This document shows, in pieces, positions 36,013-46,869 of a DNA stretch of 64,000 nt (its first letter is position 1; every line of letters begins with the position of its first letter). A program made the position numbers and the translations under genes. Under the pieces are notes generated by a model. That model saw only the letters and a list, made by a program, of their open reading frames with translations. It ran no database searches and was not told where the DNA came from. Origin of the DNA: an uncultured Gemmatimonadales bacterium (GTDB taxonomy: Bacteria; Gemmatimonadota; Gemmatimonadetes; Longimicrobiales; RSA9); contig OY970192.1 of the NCBI GenBank assembly GCA_963708135.1, positions 1,824,001 to 1,888,000 of the forward strand, written 5' to 3'.

Positions 36013-37899
36013 TCACTGCGCCAGGACCCGCACCTCTCCCCTCCTCGCCGTCACGCCCGCGGCGTCCAGGTGCTCCAGCAGCGGAATCAGATACTTCCGC
36101 GACACAGGCAGCACCTCCTTGAGCTCCGCCGCGGAGAGCGACCGGCCCCCCGCAAGTGCGCGCCGGACTTCGGCCTCCGCCCTTTCCAGCACGCTCCGGG
36201 CCACGTACAGCTCGGGCCCGAGCGCCACCACCAGGCCGTCCCCCTCCAGCAGGCGCAGCAGCGCCCGCACGTCCTGCCGCTCCCGCAACTCCCGCGGCCA
36301 TGCCGGGAGCGTCGGCGGGGCGAGGCCCCCGTCCTCCAGAAGGGACAGGATCCGGGCCCGCGCACCTGCCTGGGATGCGGTGAGTACAGGGGTGTACCCG
36401 GTTCGGGCGACGATGCTCCCGCGCGCCTCGAGGCGCCCCTCCGACTGCAGGCGCCCGAGAGCCCACTCTGCGAGCTCCGGCGCCCATCCGGGAGGGAGTG
36501 CCCGGCGCAGCTCCTCGCGGTCGATGCCCGGCTCGAGCGGGCGCTCCCGGTGGCACGCCTCGACGGCGTGGACGAGCGCCTCGACGGCTGCGGCGCCGGC
36601 GCCGGCCGGGAGCAGGAGGTCTCCGATCCGGAGCACGCCCGGCACGCCGCCGGCGAGGGCCCGGTTCACGGCCGCGGGCGGAAACGGCGTGTCGATCGGC
36701 AGGCGGTCGGCCGGCACGCCGGCGGGACCCGCGAGCGCCACACGGGCTGCGATCGCCTCATCCACCGGCCCATCGAGCCGCGTGAGGCGCTCGCGGAGGT
36801 CGGGCGAGAGCCGGTTTCGCCTGGGCGCATCCGGCTCCGCGATGACGCCGCCGCCGATCGTCGTGATCGGGGAGTAGGAGCGGACCACGAAGCGGTCGCC
36901 GGCCCGGGCGACGACGCCGGCCTCCAGCCGCAGCTGCACCCAGCCCTCGTCGCCACCGCGCAGTGTCGTGCCCTCGAGCGGCACTACGCGCGCCATCACC
37001 TCGGCGGTCCCGAGATGAAAGCGCACGCGCTGGCGCATGCGGACCTCCCACCCCGTCCCGGGCAGGACGCGCAGGCGGCAGGTGAGCATGCGCGCCTGCG
37101 TCCACGCGGGATCCAGCACGAGGACATCGCCGCGGCGGAGGGCCTCCCGCTCGATTCCCGCCAGCGCCACGGCCGCGCGCTGCCCCGCCCCGACCCGCGC
37201 CACGTCGTGGCCGTGGGCCTGGAGCCCGCGCACGCGTGCCGCCATCCCGGCGGGCAGGATGCGGAGCGTGGCATCGCCGCGGAGCACTCCACTCCAGACC
37301 GTGCCGGTCACGACGGTCCCGGTGCCACGCACGGTGAAGACGCGATCCACGGGAAGGCGGAACAGGTCGTCGTCGCCTCGCTGCGCGACGGCGCCGGCCG
37401 CGTCGGCGAGTGCCTGGCGCAGCGCGTCGATGCCGGCGCCGGTCGTGCCGGAGACCGGCAGCAGCGGGACGTCGCGGAACGCCGTCGCCGCGAGCTCCTC
37501 GCGCAGCTCGTCGAGCACCAGCTCGAGCCAGGCGGGCTCCACCAGGTCGGCCTTGGTCACGGCCACGACGGCGCCACGGACCCCGAGCAGGTCGATGATG
37601 GCGAGGTGCTCGCGCGTCTGCGGCATGACCCCCTCGTCGGCGGCCACCACCAGCAGCGCCAGGTCGATGCCGGTGGCGCCCGCGAGCATGTTGCGGATGA
37701 AGGCCTCGTGCCCCGGGACGTCCACGATCCCGAGCTCGATCTGCTCCGTCACGGCCAGGCGGGCGAACCCCAGATCGATCGTGATGCCCCGCCGCCGCTC
37801 CTCCGGCAGCCGGTCCGTGTCCACGCCCGTGAGCGCGCGGATCAGCGTCGTCTTGCCGTGGTCGATGTGGCCGGCCGTGCCGAGGATCAACTGCCTCAT
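36013..37899 (-). CDS. selB: Selenocysteine-specific elongation factor
   Basis: [38 protein letters not shown]. Confidence 0.95.
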   Translation of the reverse strand: MRQLILGTAGHIDHGKTTLIRALTGVDTDRLPEERRRGITIDLGFARLAVTEQIELGIVDVPGHEAFIRNMLAGATGIDLALLVVAADEGVMPQTREHLAIIDLLGVRGAVVAVTKADLVEPAWLELVLDELREELAATAFRDVPLLPVSGTTGAGIDALRQALADAAGAVAQRGDDDLFRLPVDRVFTVRGTGTVVTGTVWSGVLRGDATLRILPAGMAARVRGLQAHGHDVARVGAGQRAAVALAGIEREALRRGDVLVLDPAWTQARMLTCRLRVLPGTGWEVRMRQRVRFHLGTAEVMARVVPLEGTTLRGGDEGWVQLRLEAGVVARAGDRFVVRSYSPITTIGGGVIAEPDAPRRNRLSPDLRERLTRLDGPVDEAIAARVALAGPAGVPADRLPIDTPFPPAAVNRALAGGVPGVLRIGDLLLPAGAGAAAVEALVHAVEACHRERPLEPGIDREELRRALPPGWAPELAEWALGRLQSEGRLEARGSIVARTGYTPVLTASQAGARARILSLLEDGGLAPPTLPAWPRELRERQDVRALLRLLEGDGLVVALGPELYVARSVLERAEAEVRRALAGGRSLSAAELKEVLPVSRKYLIPLLEHLDAAGVTARRGEVRVLAQ

Positions 37900-38642
37900 C
37901 CCGCCTCCAGCGCCCGCGCCATGAACTCCAGCGACCGTAGCGCCCCGCCCTCCATCACGTGGTGCTCGAGGTAGCGGGCCAGGAGCGCCCAGTGCGCCGT
38001 CGTCCGCTCCACCGGCGCCGCCTCGCCTCGCCCGAACGCGGCCAGCGTGGCGCGCGCATGCGCCGGGAGCGCGCGCCCCGCGCCCGGATGCGCACACGTC
38101 TCGCAGCGCACGCCGCCCGCCGCGTAGTCGAACGCGGCGTCTTCACCGGCCGCCAGTTCCCTGCCGCAGCCGAGGCACTCCTCGAGCGAAGGCGCGAACC
38201 CGAGCCGCCCGACCAGGGCCCACGTCGCCGCGAGCACGCTCGATTCCAGAATCCGCGGCGGGCTCGTCTCGAGCCCGTCCAGCGCGGCGCCGAACGCCTC
38301 GAAGAGCTCCGGGTCCGCCGCTTCCGTTCCCGTGCGCAGGATGATCTCCGTCAGCAGCAATGCGCCGCCGAAGCGCAGCAGGTCGCGCCCGAGCCCCTGC
38401 CGGCTCCGGGCCAGCTCGAACCCGCTGAGCGTCTGCAGCTCCCGGCTCTCCTTCACGTAGAGCGTGGCCACCCCCTCCGTGAACGGCTCCAGCACCCCGC
38501 CATAGCGGCTGCGCGGCCGCAGTGCCCCGCGCGCCAGCGCCGACTGCACGCCGTGCGACCGCGTCAGCAGGCGCAGGATCTTGCTGGTTTCGCTGTAGGG
38601 AAAGGTCTGAAGGACGATGCAGTCCTCGGAGAGGAGCGACAT
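37896..38642 (-). CDS. recO: DNA repair protein RecO
   Basis: [20 protein letters not shown]. Confidence 0.92.
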   Translation of the reverse strand: MSLLSEDCIVLQTFPYSETSKILRLLTRSHGVQSALARGALRPRSRYGGVLEPFTEGVATLYVKESRELQTLSGFELARSRQGLGRDLLRFGGALLLTEIILRTGTEAADPELFEAFGAALDGLETSPPRILESSVLAATWALVGRLGFAPSLEECLGCGRELAAGEDAAFDYAAGGVRCETCAHPGAGRALPAHARATLAAFGRGEAAPVERTTAHWALLARYLEHHVMEGGALRSLEFMARALEAG

Positions 38643-38649
38643 GCGCGGC

Positions 38650-39390
38650 TCAGCGTCCGGCCATCGCCTCGAAGCGGGCGACGAGGGCGTCGCGCCTTGC
38701 CCGGTACTCCGCCGCCGTCGCGGCATCCGAGCCGGCCGCGCCGTGCGCCTCGTCCAGCTCGGCGATGCGGACGAGCAGCTCCCGGTTCGAGAGCCGCCGC
38801 CTCCGCCGCAGCCACTCGAGCAACGCCCAACCCAGCGCGCCCGCGACGATGAGCCCGAGCAGCAGCTCCGGCAGCCAACGTGGTACGCCTCCCGTCCGCG
38901 TACTCTGCGCGGCCTGCGCCTGCGCGAGTCCTGTCCCGGTGCTCCCGAGCGGTCCCGGGCTCACGGCGCCCACGCCGACGGTGACGTCGTACTCGGTGGC
39001 CGCGGGCACCGGCGGCCGGAACGGCTGCCCGATGTAGAGCTGGCCCTCGTACCTGGCCGCGACGAAGAACACCGCGCTGTCCGCCGGCGCCGTGGCGGGG
39101 ACCGCCAGCTCGAAGCGGCCCTCCGGGTCCGTCCGCGCGGTGGCGACCATCGCTCCGCCCGCCTGCGTGACCCTGTGAAGCGCTACGTCCTGCCCCGCCA
39201 CCGGCTTTCCCGCCGGATCGAGCACCCGCCCGTGTAGCGCTCCGCCCTGCGCCTGCGCCGCCGGCGCCTGGAGCACCGCTTCAGAGTCGGACGCGGACGC
39301 GGACGTCGCGCGGGCCCGCCCGGCGGAGCCCACGAGCAGGGGCAGCAGCGCCGCGAGCGCGGCGGCCCGGAAGCGCGTCGCGCCGCTCAC
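38650..39390 (-). CDS. Exported carboxypeptidase-regulatory-like domain protein with a C-terminal TM segment
   Basis: Signal peptide, GRVLD..TDPEGRF, TM; coupled to neighbouring genes. Confidence 0.6.
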   Translation of the reverse strand: MSGATRFRAAALAALLPLLVGSAGRARATSASASDSEAVLQAPAAQAQGGALHGRVLDPAGKPVAGQDVALHRVTQAGGAMVATARTDPEGRFELAVPATAPADSAVFFVAARYEGQLYIGQPFRPPVPAATEYDVTVGVGAVSPGPLGSTGTGLAQAQAAQSTRTGGVPRWLPELLLGLIVAGALGWALLEWLRRRRRLSNRELLVRIAELDEAHGAAGSDAATAAEYRARRDALVARFEAMAGR

Positions 39391-39914
39391 GGGGTGAAGC
39401 GCCCGAAGTCCTCGGGGTCCAGCCGGCGCAGGTGCTCGCGGAGCTCCTCGGCGCTCATCCCGTGGAGCTCCTGGTGCTCGGGCGTCACGAACTCCTCCGG
39501 GCTCTCGCTCGCCTCGGCGACCTCGATGCTGGTGTCCTCGAGCAGCGACTCGCTCGTGTAGATCGAGGCGGAGAGCCGCAGCCCGATGGCGATCGAGTCC
39601 GATGGTCGGGCGTCCACGCTGATCACCTCCGCGCCGCGCTGGATGATCAGCTCCGCGTAATACGTGTTGTCCACCACCTTCGTGATCACGACGCGCTGGA
39701 GCGAGCCGCCGAGCCCGACGATCACCGAGGCGAACAGGTCGTGCGTCAGCGGGCGGGAGAACTTCATCCCCGCCAGCTCCATGGCGATCGCGCTCGCTTC
39801 GCCGGGGCCGATCCAGATCGGCAGCACGCGCGTTCCATCCTTCTCCTGGAGGATGACCACGGGCGTGTTCGACTGCCGGTCGAGTCCGAGGCTCTGTACC
39901 TTCACTTCCACCAT
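39387..39914 (-). CDS. Bifunctional nuclease (DUF151)
   Basis: LPIWIGPGEA, RPLTHDL, DARPSDSIA. Confidence 0.93.
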   Translation of the reverse strand: MVEVKVQSLGLDRQSNTPVVILQEKDGTRVLPIWIGPGEASAIAMELAGMKFSRPLTHDLFASVIVGLGGSLQRVVITKVVDNTYYAELIIQRGAEVISVDARPSDSIAIGLRLSASIYTSESLLEDTSIEVAEASESPEEFVTPEHQELHGMSAEELREHLRRLDPEDFGRFTP

Positions 39915-39947
39915 GCTCGCCTCCAATGCTGCTCGCTTTCCCGGCCC

Positions 39948-41123
39948 CTATGCGCCCGCCGCGGTGCGCAGGTCGTCCGTCCGGTTCGTCCGCTCCCACG
40001 AGAAGAACTCCACGTCCCGCCCGTCCACCCGCTCCGCCGCCGCCTGACGGCCGAAGTGACCGTACGCGGCCGTCGCCCTGTAGATCGGGTCGCGCAGGCG
40101 GAGCGCCTCGATGATGGCCCGCGGCTGGAAGTCGAAGACCTCTTCCACCGCCTCCGCCAGCAGCGCGTCCGGGAGCTGTCCCGTCCCGAACGTGTCCACA
40201 TACACCGAAACCGGGCGGGCGACTCCAATCGCGTACGCCAGCTGGATCTCGCACCGCCGCGCGAGCCCCGCCGCCACCACGTTCTTGGCCGCCCAGCGCG
40301 CCGCGTACGCCGCCGACCGGTCCACCTTCGAGGGATCCTTCCCGCTGAACGCCCCGCCGCCGTGACGCGCCGAGCCGCCGTACGTGTCCACGATGATCTT
40401 CCGCCCGGTGAGCCCCGTGTCCCCGTGCGGGCCGCCCACGACGAAGCGACCGGTCGGGTTCACGTGCAGGGTGCATCCGGCGGCGTCGAACCACTCGGCC
40501 GGCAGCGCCGGCGCGAGCACGTGCTCGATGATCTCGTCCCGCAGCTCGGCGAGCGTGATGTCGGGGGAATGCTGCGCGCTGACCACCACCGTGTGCACCC
40601 GTACGGGGCGGTCCCCCTCGTACTCGAGCGTCACCTGCGCCTTGCCGTCGGGCCGCAGCCAGGGCAGCCGGCCCGATTTGCGCACGGCGGCCAGGCGCTG
40701 CGTCACCCGGTGCGCCAGCTGGATCGGGGCGGGCATGAGCTCCGCCGTCTCGTCCACGGCGTAGCCGAACATCATCCCCTGGTCTCCCGCCCCGCCCGGG
40801 TCCACCCCCTGCGCGATGTCGGGCGACTGCTGGTCGAGCGCCACGAGCACCGAGCACGTCTCGCCGTCGATTCCGTAGGCAGAGTCGGTGTAGCCGATCG
40901 AGCGGAGCGTGCCCCGCACCACCGTCGGCAGGTCCACGTAGGTGCGCGTCGTGATCTCGCCCGAGACGAGCACCAGCCCCGTCGTCACCAGGACCTCGCA
41001 TGCGACCCGCCCCTCCGGGTCCTCGTCGAGGATGGCGTCCAGCACCGCGTCGCTGATCTGGTCCGCGATCTTGTCGGGATGTCCCTCCGTCACCGACTCG
41101 GAGGTGAACAGGGTCCGGCTCAA
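39948..41123 (-). CDS. metK: S-adenosylmethionine synthetase
   Basis: [28 protein letters not shown]. Confidence 0.98.
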   Translation of the reverse strand: MSRTLFTSESVTEGHPDKIADQISDAVLDAILDEDPEGRVACEVLVTTGLVLVSGEITTRTYVDLPTVVRGTLRSIGYTDSAYGIDGETCSVLVALDQQSPDIAQGVDPGGAGDQGMMFGYAVDETAELMPAPIQLAHRVTQRLAAVRKSGRLPWLRPDGKAQVTLEYEGDRPVRVHTVVVSAQHSPDITLAELRDEIIEHVLAPALPAEWFDAAGCTLHVNPTGRFVVGGPHGDTGLTGRKIIVDTYGGSARHGGGAFSGKDPSKVDRSAAYAARWAAKNVVAAGLARRCEIQLAYAIGVARPVSVYVDTFGTGQLPDALLAEAVEEVFDFQPRAIIEALRLRDPIYRATAAYGHFGRQAAAERVDGRDVEFFSWERTNRTDDLRTAAGA

Positions 41124-41174
41124 GGCATGCTCCGATCGTTCACATTCACGCCGTGCCGCGACTCCGCGGCGTCA

Positions 41175-42953
41175 TCACTCCTGCACGAGGTTCCAGCGCC
41201 CGGCGAACAGCGAGAGGTCCAGCCAGCGCTCGAGCCCGCGGGTGAGCACCTCGACCACCGCCTCCGGACTGCCCGCCTCCAGCGCCTCGGCCGCCGCCGT
41301 CCTGGCCTCCGTGGCCGGGACGCTCCGGATCACCTTCTTGATCTCGGGCAGCCCGGCAGGGCCCACGCTGAGCGCCGTGATCCCCAGCCCGAGGAGCATG
41401 AACACACCGAGCGGGTTGGCCGCCATCTCGCCGCACACGCTCACCTCGATCCCCGCCGCGCGCCCGGCATCGGCCGTCCGCTGAAGCAGCCGCAGCACTG
41501 CCGGGTGGAACGGCGTGTACAGGTGCGCGAGACGCGCGTTGCCGCGGTCCACCGCCAGCGTGTACTGGACGAGGTCGTTCGTGCCGATCGAGAAGAAGTC
41601 GGAGGAGGCAGCGAGCTCCGGCGCGATCAGCGCCGCCGCGGGTGTCTCCACCATGATCCCGAGCTTGTACCCCGGATTGAACGCGATGCCCTGCGCCTCC
41701 AGCCGCGTCTCCTCCTCCTCGAGCATGTCGCGCGTGCGCCGGATCTCGCCGCCGTCGTTGACCAGCGGCAGCATGATACGCACGTCACCGTACGCCGTCG
41801 CGCGCAGGAGCGCCCGCAGCTGCATCCGGAACAGCTCGGGCGTGTCCAGGCAGACGCGGATGCCGCGCCAGCCCAGGAACGGGTTGTCCTCCGGCGGCAT
41901 GTGCAGGAAGAGCGGGAACTTGTCGCCGCCCAGGTCGAACGTGCGGATGTAGACCGCCTGGTGCGGGAAGGTCTCCGCCACGTGCCTGTAGGCGCGGAAC
42001 TGCTCCTCCTCCTCGGGCGCGCCGCTGCGGCCGACCACCAGGAACTCGGTGCGGAAGAGCCCCACGCCGCCCGCGCCGTGGGCGCGCGCCGATTCCGCCT
42101 CCCCGGGCAGGTCGATGTTGGCGCGGATCTGCACCGCCTGCCGGTCCGGCGTCACCGACTCCAGGTGCGCCAGCAGCACCAGCTCCTGCTCCCATTCCCG
42201 CACCTTGACATCGCGCTCGCGGTAGACCTGCTGGTCCCGCTCGCTCGGCTCCACGACCACGCGTCCGGCTCGCCCATCCAGGATCAGCATCGTGCCGCTC
42301 TCCACCTTCTCGGAGAGGTCCGTGAGGCTGACCACGGCCGGCATGTTGAGCGAGCGGGCCAGGATGGCCGCGTGCGAGGTGCGCGTCCCGGCGTCCGTCG
42401 CCACGCCGAGGATCCGGTTCCGGTCGAGCTGCACGGTCATCGTGGGCGTGAGGTCCCGGGCCACCAGCACAACCTTGCCCTGCACCTCCCGCAGCGTGAA
42501 GTCCGGGTCGGCCAGCCCCAGCAGCTGGTTGACCACCCGCAGCTGGATGTCGAGCAGGTCGTTCAGCCGGTCCATCACCATCGGGTGCCCGCTCCGGCTC
42601 CACTCCGACTGGTACTCGAGCATGCGCAGCTCGAAGGCGCGCGCCGCCGAGAAGTGGTTGTCCTGGATGTAGGCGACGGTGCCACGGATCAGGTCCTCGT
42701 CCTCGAGCATCACGATCTGCGGCTCGAAGATCTGCGCCTCCACCGGCCCCAGCCGCTCCGCCGTCTGCCGCTGGATCTCGCGGATCCGCTCGATCGCCCA
42801 CGCGCGCGCGTCGTGGAACCGCTGCACCTCCGCCTCCACCTCCTCCGCCGGCACCGTCACATGGGGCACGCGCGGCACCCCCCAGCGCAGCACGTACGCG
42901 GGTCCAACCACGATCCCGGGCGATGCCGAGATGCCGTCGCGGATCAGGGTCAC
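41175..42953 (-). CDS. ptsI: PTS enzyme I
   Basis: TSHAAILARS, GLFRTEF, NPFLGWRGIR, IGTNDLVQY. Confidence 0.97.
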   Translation of the reverse strand: MTLIRDGISASPGIVVGPAYVLRWGVPRVPHVTVPAEEVEAEVQRFHDARAWAIERIREIQRQTAERLGPVEAQIFEPQIVMLEDEDLIRGTVAYIQDNHFSAARAFELRMLEYQSEWSRSGHPMVMDRLNDLLDIQLRVVNQLLGLADPDFTLREVQGKVVLVARDLTPTMTVQLDRNRILGVATDAGTRTSHAAILARSLNMPAVVSLTDLSEKVESGTMLILDGRAGRVVVEPSERDQQVYRERDVKVREWEQELVLLAHLESVTPDRQAVQIRANIDLPGEAESARAHGAGGVGLFRTEFLVVGRSGAPEEEEQFRAYRHVAETFPHQAVYIRTFDLGGDKFPLFLHMPPEDNPFLGWRGIRVCLDTPELFRMQLRALLRATAYGDVRIMLPLVNDGGEIRRTRDMLEEEETRLEAQGIAFNPGYKLGIMVETPAAALIAPELAASSDFFSIGTNDLVQYTLAVDRGNARLAHLYTPFHPAVLRLLQRTADAGRAAGIEVSVCGEMAANPLGVFMLLGLGITALSVGPAGLPEIKKVIRSVPATEARTAAAEALEAGSPEAVVEVLTRGLERWLDLSLFAGRWNLVQE

Positions 42954-42959
42954 GCTCTC

Positions 42960-43244
42960 CTACTCCTCGCCGAACCGGTTCTCGATGAGCAGCGCGAGCT
43001 GGTCCACGGCCGCCGCGGCGTCCTCGCCCGTCGCGCGGATCGTGACCTCGCTGCCGTACTCGGCCGCAAGCATCATGACCCCCATGATGCTCTTCCCGTT
43101 CACATCCAGATCGTCCTTCGATACCGTGATCCCCGCCTGGAACCGGTTCGCCAGCTTCACGAACTCCGCCGCCGGCCGGGCATGGATCCCGTACTTGTTG
43201 CGGATGGTCACCGTGCGTTCCGTCTCGAGCGCGTCAGGGGTCAT
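42960..43244 (-). CDS. ptsH: Phosphocarrier HPr
   Basis: GIHARPAA, GKSIMGVM. Confidence 0.96.
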   Translation of the reverse strand: MTPDALETERTVTIRNKYGIHARPAAEFVKLANRFQAGITVSKDDLDVNGKSIMGVMMLAAEYGSEVTIRATGEDAAAAVDQLALLIENRFGEE

Positions 43245-43990
43245 GTCGCCATCCTGAGTATGAAGCCGAGGAGCGCGAACGCCGCGAGCGCCACTACGAC
43301 CGGAATCCGGACCAGCGCCCCGAATCGGGCGCCCAGCAGCGCCGCCAGCAGCGCGGCGACGGACCACGGCAGCGCGGGAGTGGCGCCCACCAGCCGGCCC
43401 GCGGCCGCCAGCGGGATCAGCGCGCCGACCATGAACGCGCCCATGATCGCCAGCACCCGCTGCATCTGCGGCACGGACGACTGGCGCAGCTGCTCGCCCA
43501 CCGCTACGCCGCGCGCCAGCCCGAGGCGGAGCGACCAGATCCGCAGCGCGAGATGGCCGGCGTTGTAGACGGCCAGGAACGCCACGACCGCCACCCACCA
43601 CGGCAGCTCCAGAAGCAGCAGCAGCAGCGCCACCAGCAGGCAGACCGGCCGCCAGCCCGCCCATACGAGCCGGTCCCCGAGCGTGCCGAGGGAGCCGCGG
43701 ATCGCCGACTTGAAGCGCTCGATGACCGGGCCGGCCGCACCCTCCGCCTCCAGCGAGGCGACGGCCCCGAGCGCCATCGGCGCCAGGTACGGGTGGCTAT
43801 TGAAGAGCCCCCAATGCCGCTGCACCGCGTCGCGCAGCCGCTCCGGATCCTTCCCGTACAGGTGGCGCAGCACGGGCAGGAGCGCGAACGCGAACCCCGC
43901 TCCGATCAGAGTCCGGTAGTTCCAGGACCCCTGCACTGCGAACGAGCGGGCCAGCACCGCCGCCCGCACCCGCCACGGGAGTGTGCTCAC
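43241..43990 (-). CDS. PTS mannose/fructose/sorbose IID
   Basis: QGSWNY, FNSHPY, LGTLGDRLVW. Confidence 0.9.
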   Translation of the reverse strand: MSTLPWRVRAAVLARSFAVQGSWNYRTLIGAGFAFALLPVLRHLYGKDPERLRDAVQRHWGLFNSHPYLAPMALGAVASLEAEGAAGPVIERFKSAIRGSLGTLGDRLVWAGWRPVCLLVALLLLLLELPWWVAVVAFLAVYNAGHLALRIWSLRLGLARGVAVGEQLRQSSVPQMQRVLAIMGAFMVGALIPLAAAGRLVGATPALPWSVAALLAALLGARFGALVRIPVVVALAAFALLGFILRMAT

Positions 43991-44655
43991 GAGAAGATGA
44001 GCAGCACCGAACCGCAGAGGATCCCCACCAGGAACGCCACCCGACGCTCCGTCCAGCCGCCGAAGAGCGGGAGCAGCGCGCCGATCATCGCGGTGCCCGC
44101 CACCCCCAGAGCGCCGAGCGCCACGGAGGAGTCCAGAAGCCAGTAGGAGGCCACCAGTCGGAGCAGGAGCGCGCCCAGCACGGCGCCGCCCAGGCCCAGC
44201 ACGGCGCCGCGGACCAGGTCCAGCGCCATCGCGGTGAGGTGGCGCGCGACGGCATCCCGCGGTCCCCGGAGCGGCGCGCCGGCCGCCACCAGCCGCTCGT
44301 TCAGCCGGCGCTCCAGAATCACCGAGACGCCGCCCACGCCTTCCCAGCCCAGCCCGAAGAGAACCGCGAGCAGCATGATCGGCGCCGCGTACTGCGTCGC
44401 GGCCGCGGCCATGTAGGCCGCCGTCGCCGCCACGGCCCCGATCCCCGCCTCCGGGTAGCGCGCCGCACCCACGGGCAGGATCACGAGCGCGAACGCCTCC
44501 AGCACCGCGCCGATCAGCGCCCCCTCGACGGGCCGCCCGAACGCGAGCCCGGTGAGCGGCGCCGCCACGATCGGGCGCGACAGCATCACCTGGGGGAAGG
44601 CCGTGGCGTCCAGCCCGACCACGCCGCCGATCAGCGCCACGAGCGCCCACGGCAT
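43987..44655 (-). CDS. PTS mannose-family IIC
   Basis: QVMLSRPIV, PVGAA, TM segments. Confidence 0.88.
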   Translation of the reverse strand: MPWALVALIGGVVGLDATAFPQVMLSRPIVAAPLTGLAFGRPVEGALIGAVLEAFALVILPVGAARYPEAGIGAVAATAAYMAAAATQYAAPIMLLAVLFGLGWEGVGGVSVILERRLNERLVAAGAPLRGPRDAVARHLTAMALDLVRGAVLGLGGAVLGALLLRLVASYWLLDSSVALGALGVAGTAMIGALLPLFGGWTERRVAFLVGILCGSVLLIFS

Positions 44656-44656
44656 C

Positions 44657-45142
44657 TCAGCCGTCCTTGAGGAGGTGGCCGAGCTCGACGCGACGCGCGC
44701 CCGGCAGATCCCTGGCGCTGACCGCGACGCCCTCCGCGGCGAGCTGGCGCATCTCACGCGCCTCCTGCTCGCTGAGGTAGACGTACGGCAGGACGGCGTG
44801 CCGTCCCGGCGCGAAATGGATGCCGCCAATGTTGACCTCCTGCCCCTCGAGCGCCCCGCCGGCCGCCAGCCGGCGCATGCTCGCCACGTCCCTCGTGAGC
44901 ACGATCGTGCGCAACGGGCTCGCCAGCCAGTCGGGCAGCGCCTCGCGCGCCTCCGCCACGCTCGCGAAGTCCGTGGTCAGCTCCGCCGGCAGGCCGAAGC
45001 AGTAGAGCTCCTGCTCCCAGCCCGCCCCAGCCAGCTCGTCATCGACGACCACGATCCGCTGCGGGTGCAGCTGCGTGCCCCAGCCGACGACGACCTGCCC
45101 GTGGATCAGCCGCTCATCGACCCGAAACAGCACGACGCTCAT
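44657..45142 (-). CDS. PTS mannose-family IIB
   Basis: RVDERLIHGQV, VNIGG. Confidence 0.93.
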   Translation of the reverse strand: MSVVLFRVDERLIHGQVVVGWGTQLHPQRIVVVDDELAGAGWEQELYCFGLPAELTTDFASVAEAREALPDWLASPLRTIVLTRDVASMRRLAAGGALEGQEVNIGGIHFAPGRHAVLPYVYLSEQEAREMRQLAAEGVAVSARDLPGARRVELGHLLKDG

Positions 45143-45551
45143 GATCCTCGCTTCCACCCGGCTTCCCTGCCGCGCTGCAGATCGAGTTGCGACCCTTCTC
45201 CATCAGGAGCGGCACCAGCTTGGACAGGGGTTCCTGCCGATGCATGATGAACTCGAGCAGCACGGCCAGGTTCACGCCCGAAAGCACCACGACCTGGCCG
45301 TACTCCTGGCACATCCGGCGCGCCGCGAACCCGCAGCTCCCGCTCGCCAGGTCCGTGAACACCACCGTCGGCTCGGGACCCACCAGCGCGCGGATCCGCT
45401 CCGTCACCGCTTCCGGCGAGAGGCCGCGATTGCTCAGCGCCATCAGCACGTCCTCGCTCGCCCCCGTGATCTGCCGCACCGCATCCACGTAGCCGTCCGC
45501 CAGCGACCCGTGCGCGACCACGATGCCGCGCGCCGGGACCGTCTCACTCAT
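45114..45551 (-). CDS. PTS mannose-family IIA
   Basis: VVAHG, FTDLASGS, GVNL. Confidence 0.9.
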   Translation of the reverse strand: MSETVPARGIVVAHGSLADGYVDAVRQITGASEDVLMALSNRGLSPEAVTERIRALVGPEPTVVFTDLASGSCGFAARRMCQEYGQVVVLSGVNLAVLLEFIMHRQEPLSKLVPLLMEKGRNSICSAAGKPGGSEDHERRAVSGR

Positions 45552-46503
45552 AATCCTCCTCCAGGTATTCCTTCAGCGGCCGCATCGCCGCCAGCAACCC
45601 CTTGTTGAACAGCTGCGCCGAGTCGACGCCGGAGTACTTGAGCAGGTGGTTCATCGCCACCACTTCCGACATCACCGTGATGTTCTTCCCCGGGTTCAGC
45701 GGCACCGTGACCTTGGGCAGCTCGACCCCGAGGATCTCCACGACCTCCGTCTCCAGGCCCGTCCGGTCGTAGTAGACCCCTTCGCGCCAGTCCTCGAGCT
45801 GGACCACGACCTCGATCCGCTTCTGCTGCCGGATCGAGCGGACCCCGAACAGCGCCGGGATGTCGATGATCCCGATCCCGCGGATCTCCATGTGGTGCCG
45901 CTGCAGCTCGTGGCCTCGCGCGATGAGCACGTCCACGCCACGCCGGGTGACGTACACCAGGTCGTCGGCAACGAGCCGGTGGCCGCGCTCCACGAGGTCC
46001 AGCACGCACTCGCTCTTGCCGATGCCGCTGCGTCCCACGAACAGCAGCCCCACGCCGTAGACGTCGCAGAGCGAGCCGTGCAGCGTCGTGCTGGGCGCGA
46101 ACTGCTCGTCCAGATACGGCTGGATGCGACGGTAGAAGTCCCCGGTCTTGAGTCCCGAGCGCAGCACCGGCGTCCCCGAGGCCGCCGCACGCTCCAGCAG
46201 CGCGCTGGGCGGCTCGAGGCCCTTCGTGATCACGATGGCCGGCATCTCCAGGCCGAGGAACACGCGCAGCGTCTCCTGCAGCCGCGCCTCCTCGAGCGAT
46301 GCGAGAAACCCGACCTCCGTCTCGCCGAGCACCTGGATGCGCCCCTTCGGGTAGCGCTCCGTGTACCCGGCGAGGATGAGCCCCGGGCTCGAGACGGTCG
46401 GGGACTCGATCCGTCGCCCGAGGCTGCATCCCTCCGTCAGCAGCTCCAGCGAGAGTGCCTGGCGCTTGCTGTTGAAGAGGTCTTCGACCGTGAGCGTCTT
46501 CAC
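45544..46503 (-). CDS. hprK: HPr kinase/phosphorylase
   Basis: GRSGIGKSE, HRLVADD, MEIRGIGII. Confidence 0.97.
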   Translation of the reverse strand: MKTLTVEDLFNSKRQALSLELLTEGCSLGRRIESPTVSSPGLILAGYTERYPKGRIQVLGETEVGFLASLEEARLQETLRVFLGLEMPAIVITKGLEPPSALLERAAASGTPVLRSGLKTGDFYRRIQPYLDEQFAPSTTLHGSLCDVYGVGLLFVGRSGIGKSECVLDLVERGHRLVADDLVYVTRRGVDVLIARGHELQRHHMEIRGIGIIDIPALFGVRSIRQQKRIEVVVQLEDWREGVYYDRTGLETEVVEILGVELPKVTVPLNPGKNITVMSEVVAMNHLLKYSGVDSAQLFNKGLLAAMRPLKEYLEEDYE

Positions 46504-46847
46504 GTCTCGGAGACCGCCTCCACGCGCGGGGTCAGCTCCGCGGGGCGCGGAGCCTTGTGGTCGCGGCGGCGGGAGCGCCGCCGCTTGAGCTGCCGCGTCA
46601 GGCGGTCGATCGCCGTATCGAGCGCGGCCTGGAATTCGTCCTCGCTGCTCCCGGTCGCGACCATCTGGTGGCCGGAGCCGGGGTGGGCGCGCACCTCGAC
46701 CCGGTGCGCGCCGTGATCGTTCTCGAAGCTCACGAGCACCGACAACAGCCGCGGCTCGTAGCGGGGAAGACTCTCCAGCCGCGTCGCGGCGCGCTCGCGC
46801 AGGGAATCGGAAACAGCGCAGTGCCGTGCGGTGATGGTGACCTCCAT
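46500..46847 (-). CDS. hpf: Ribosome hibernation factor HPF/RaiA
   Basis: ITARH..SDSLRE, ALDTAIDRLTRQLKR; upstream of hprK. Confidence 0.85.
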   Translation of the reverse strand: MEVTITARHCAVSDSLRERAATRLESLPRYEPRLLSVLVSFENDHGAHRVEVRAHPGSGHQMVATGSSEDEFQAALDTAIDRLTRQLKRRRSRRRDHKAPRPAELTPRVEAVSET

Positions 46848-46869
46848 GAGACCTCCAAGGCGTCTGGTG

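Noticed and set aside
39432..43568. 1378-aa plus-strand ORF and similar long ORFs (for example 59231-62329, 51553-54108, 25535-28171)
   Set aside because: Antisense or alternate-frame shadows of recognised genes in high-GC DNA, with low-complexity R/A/G/P composition.
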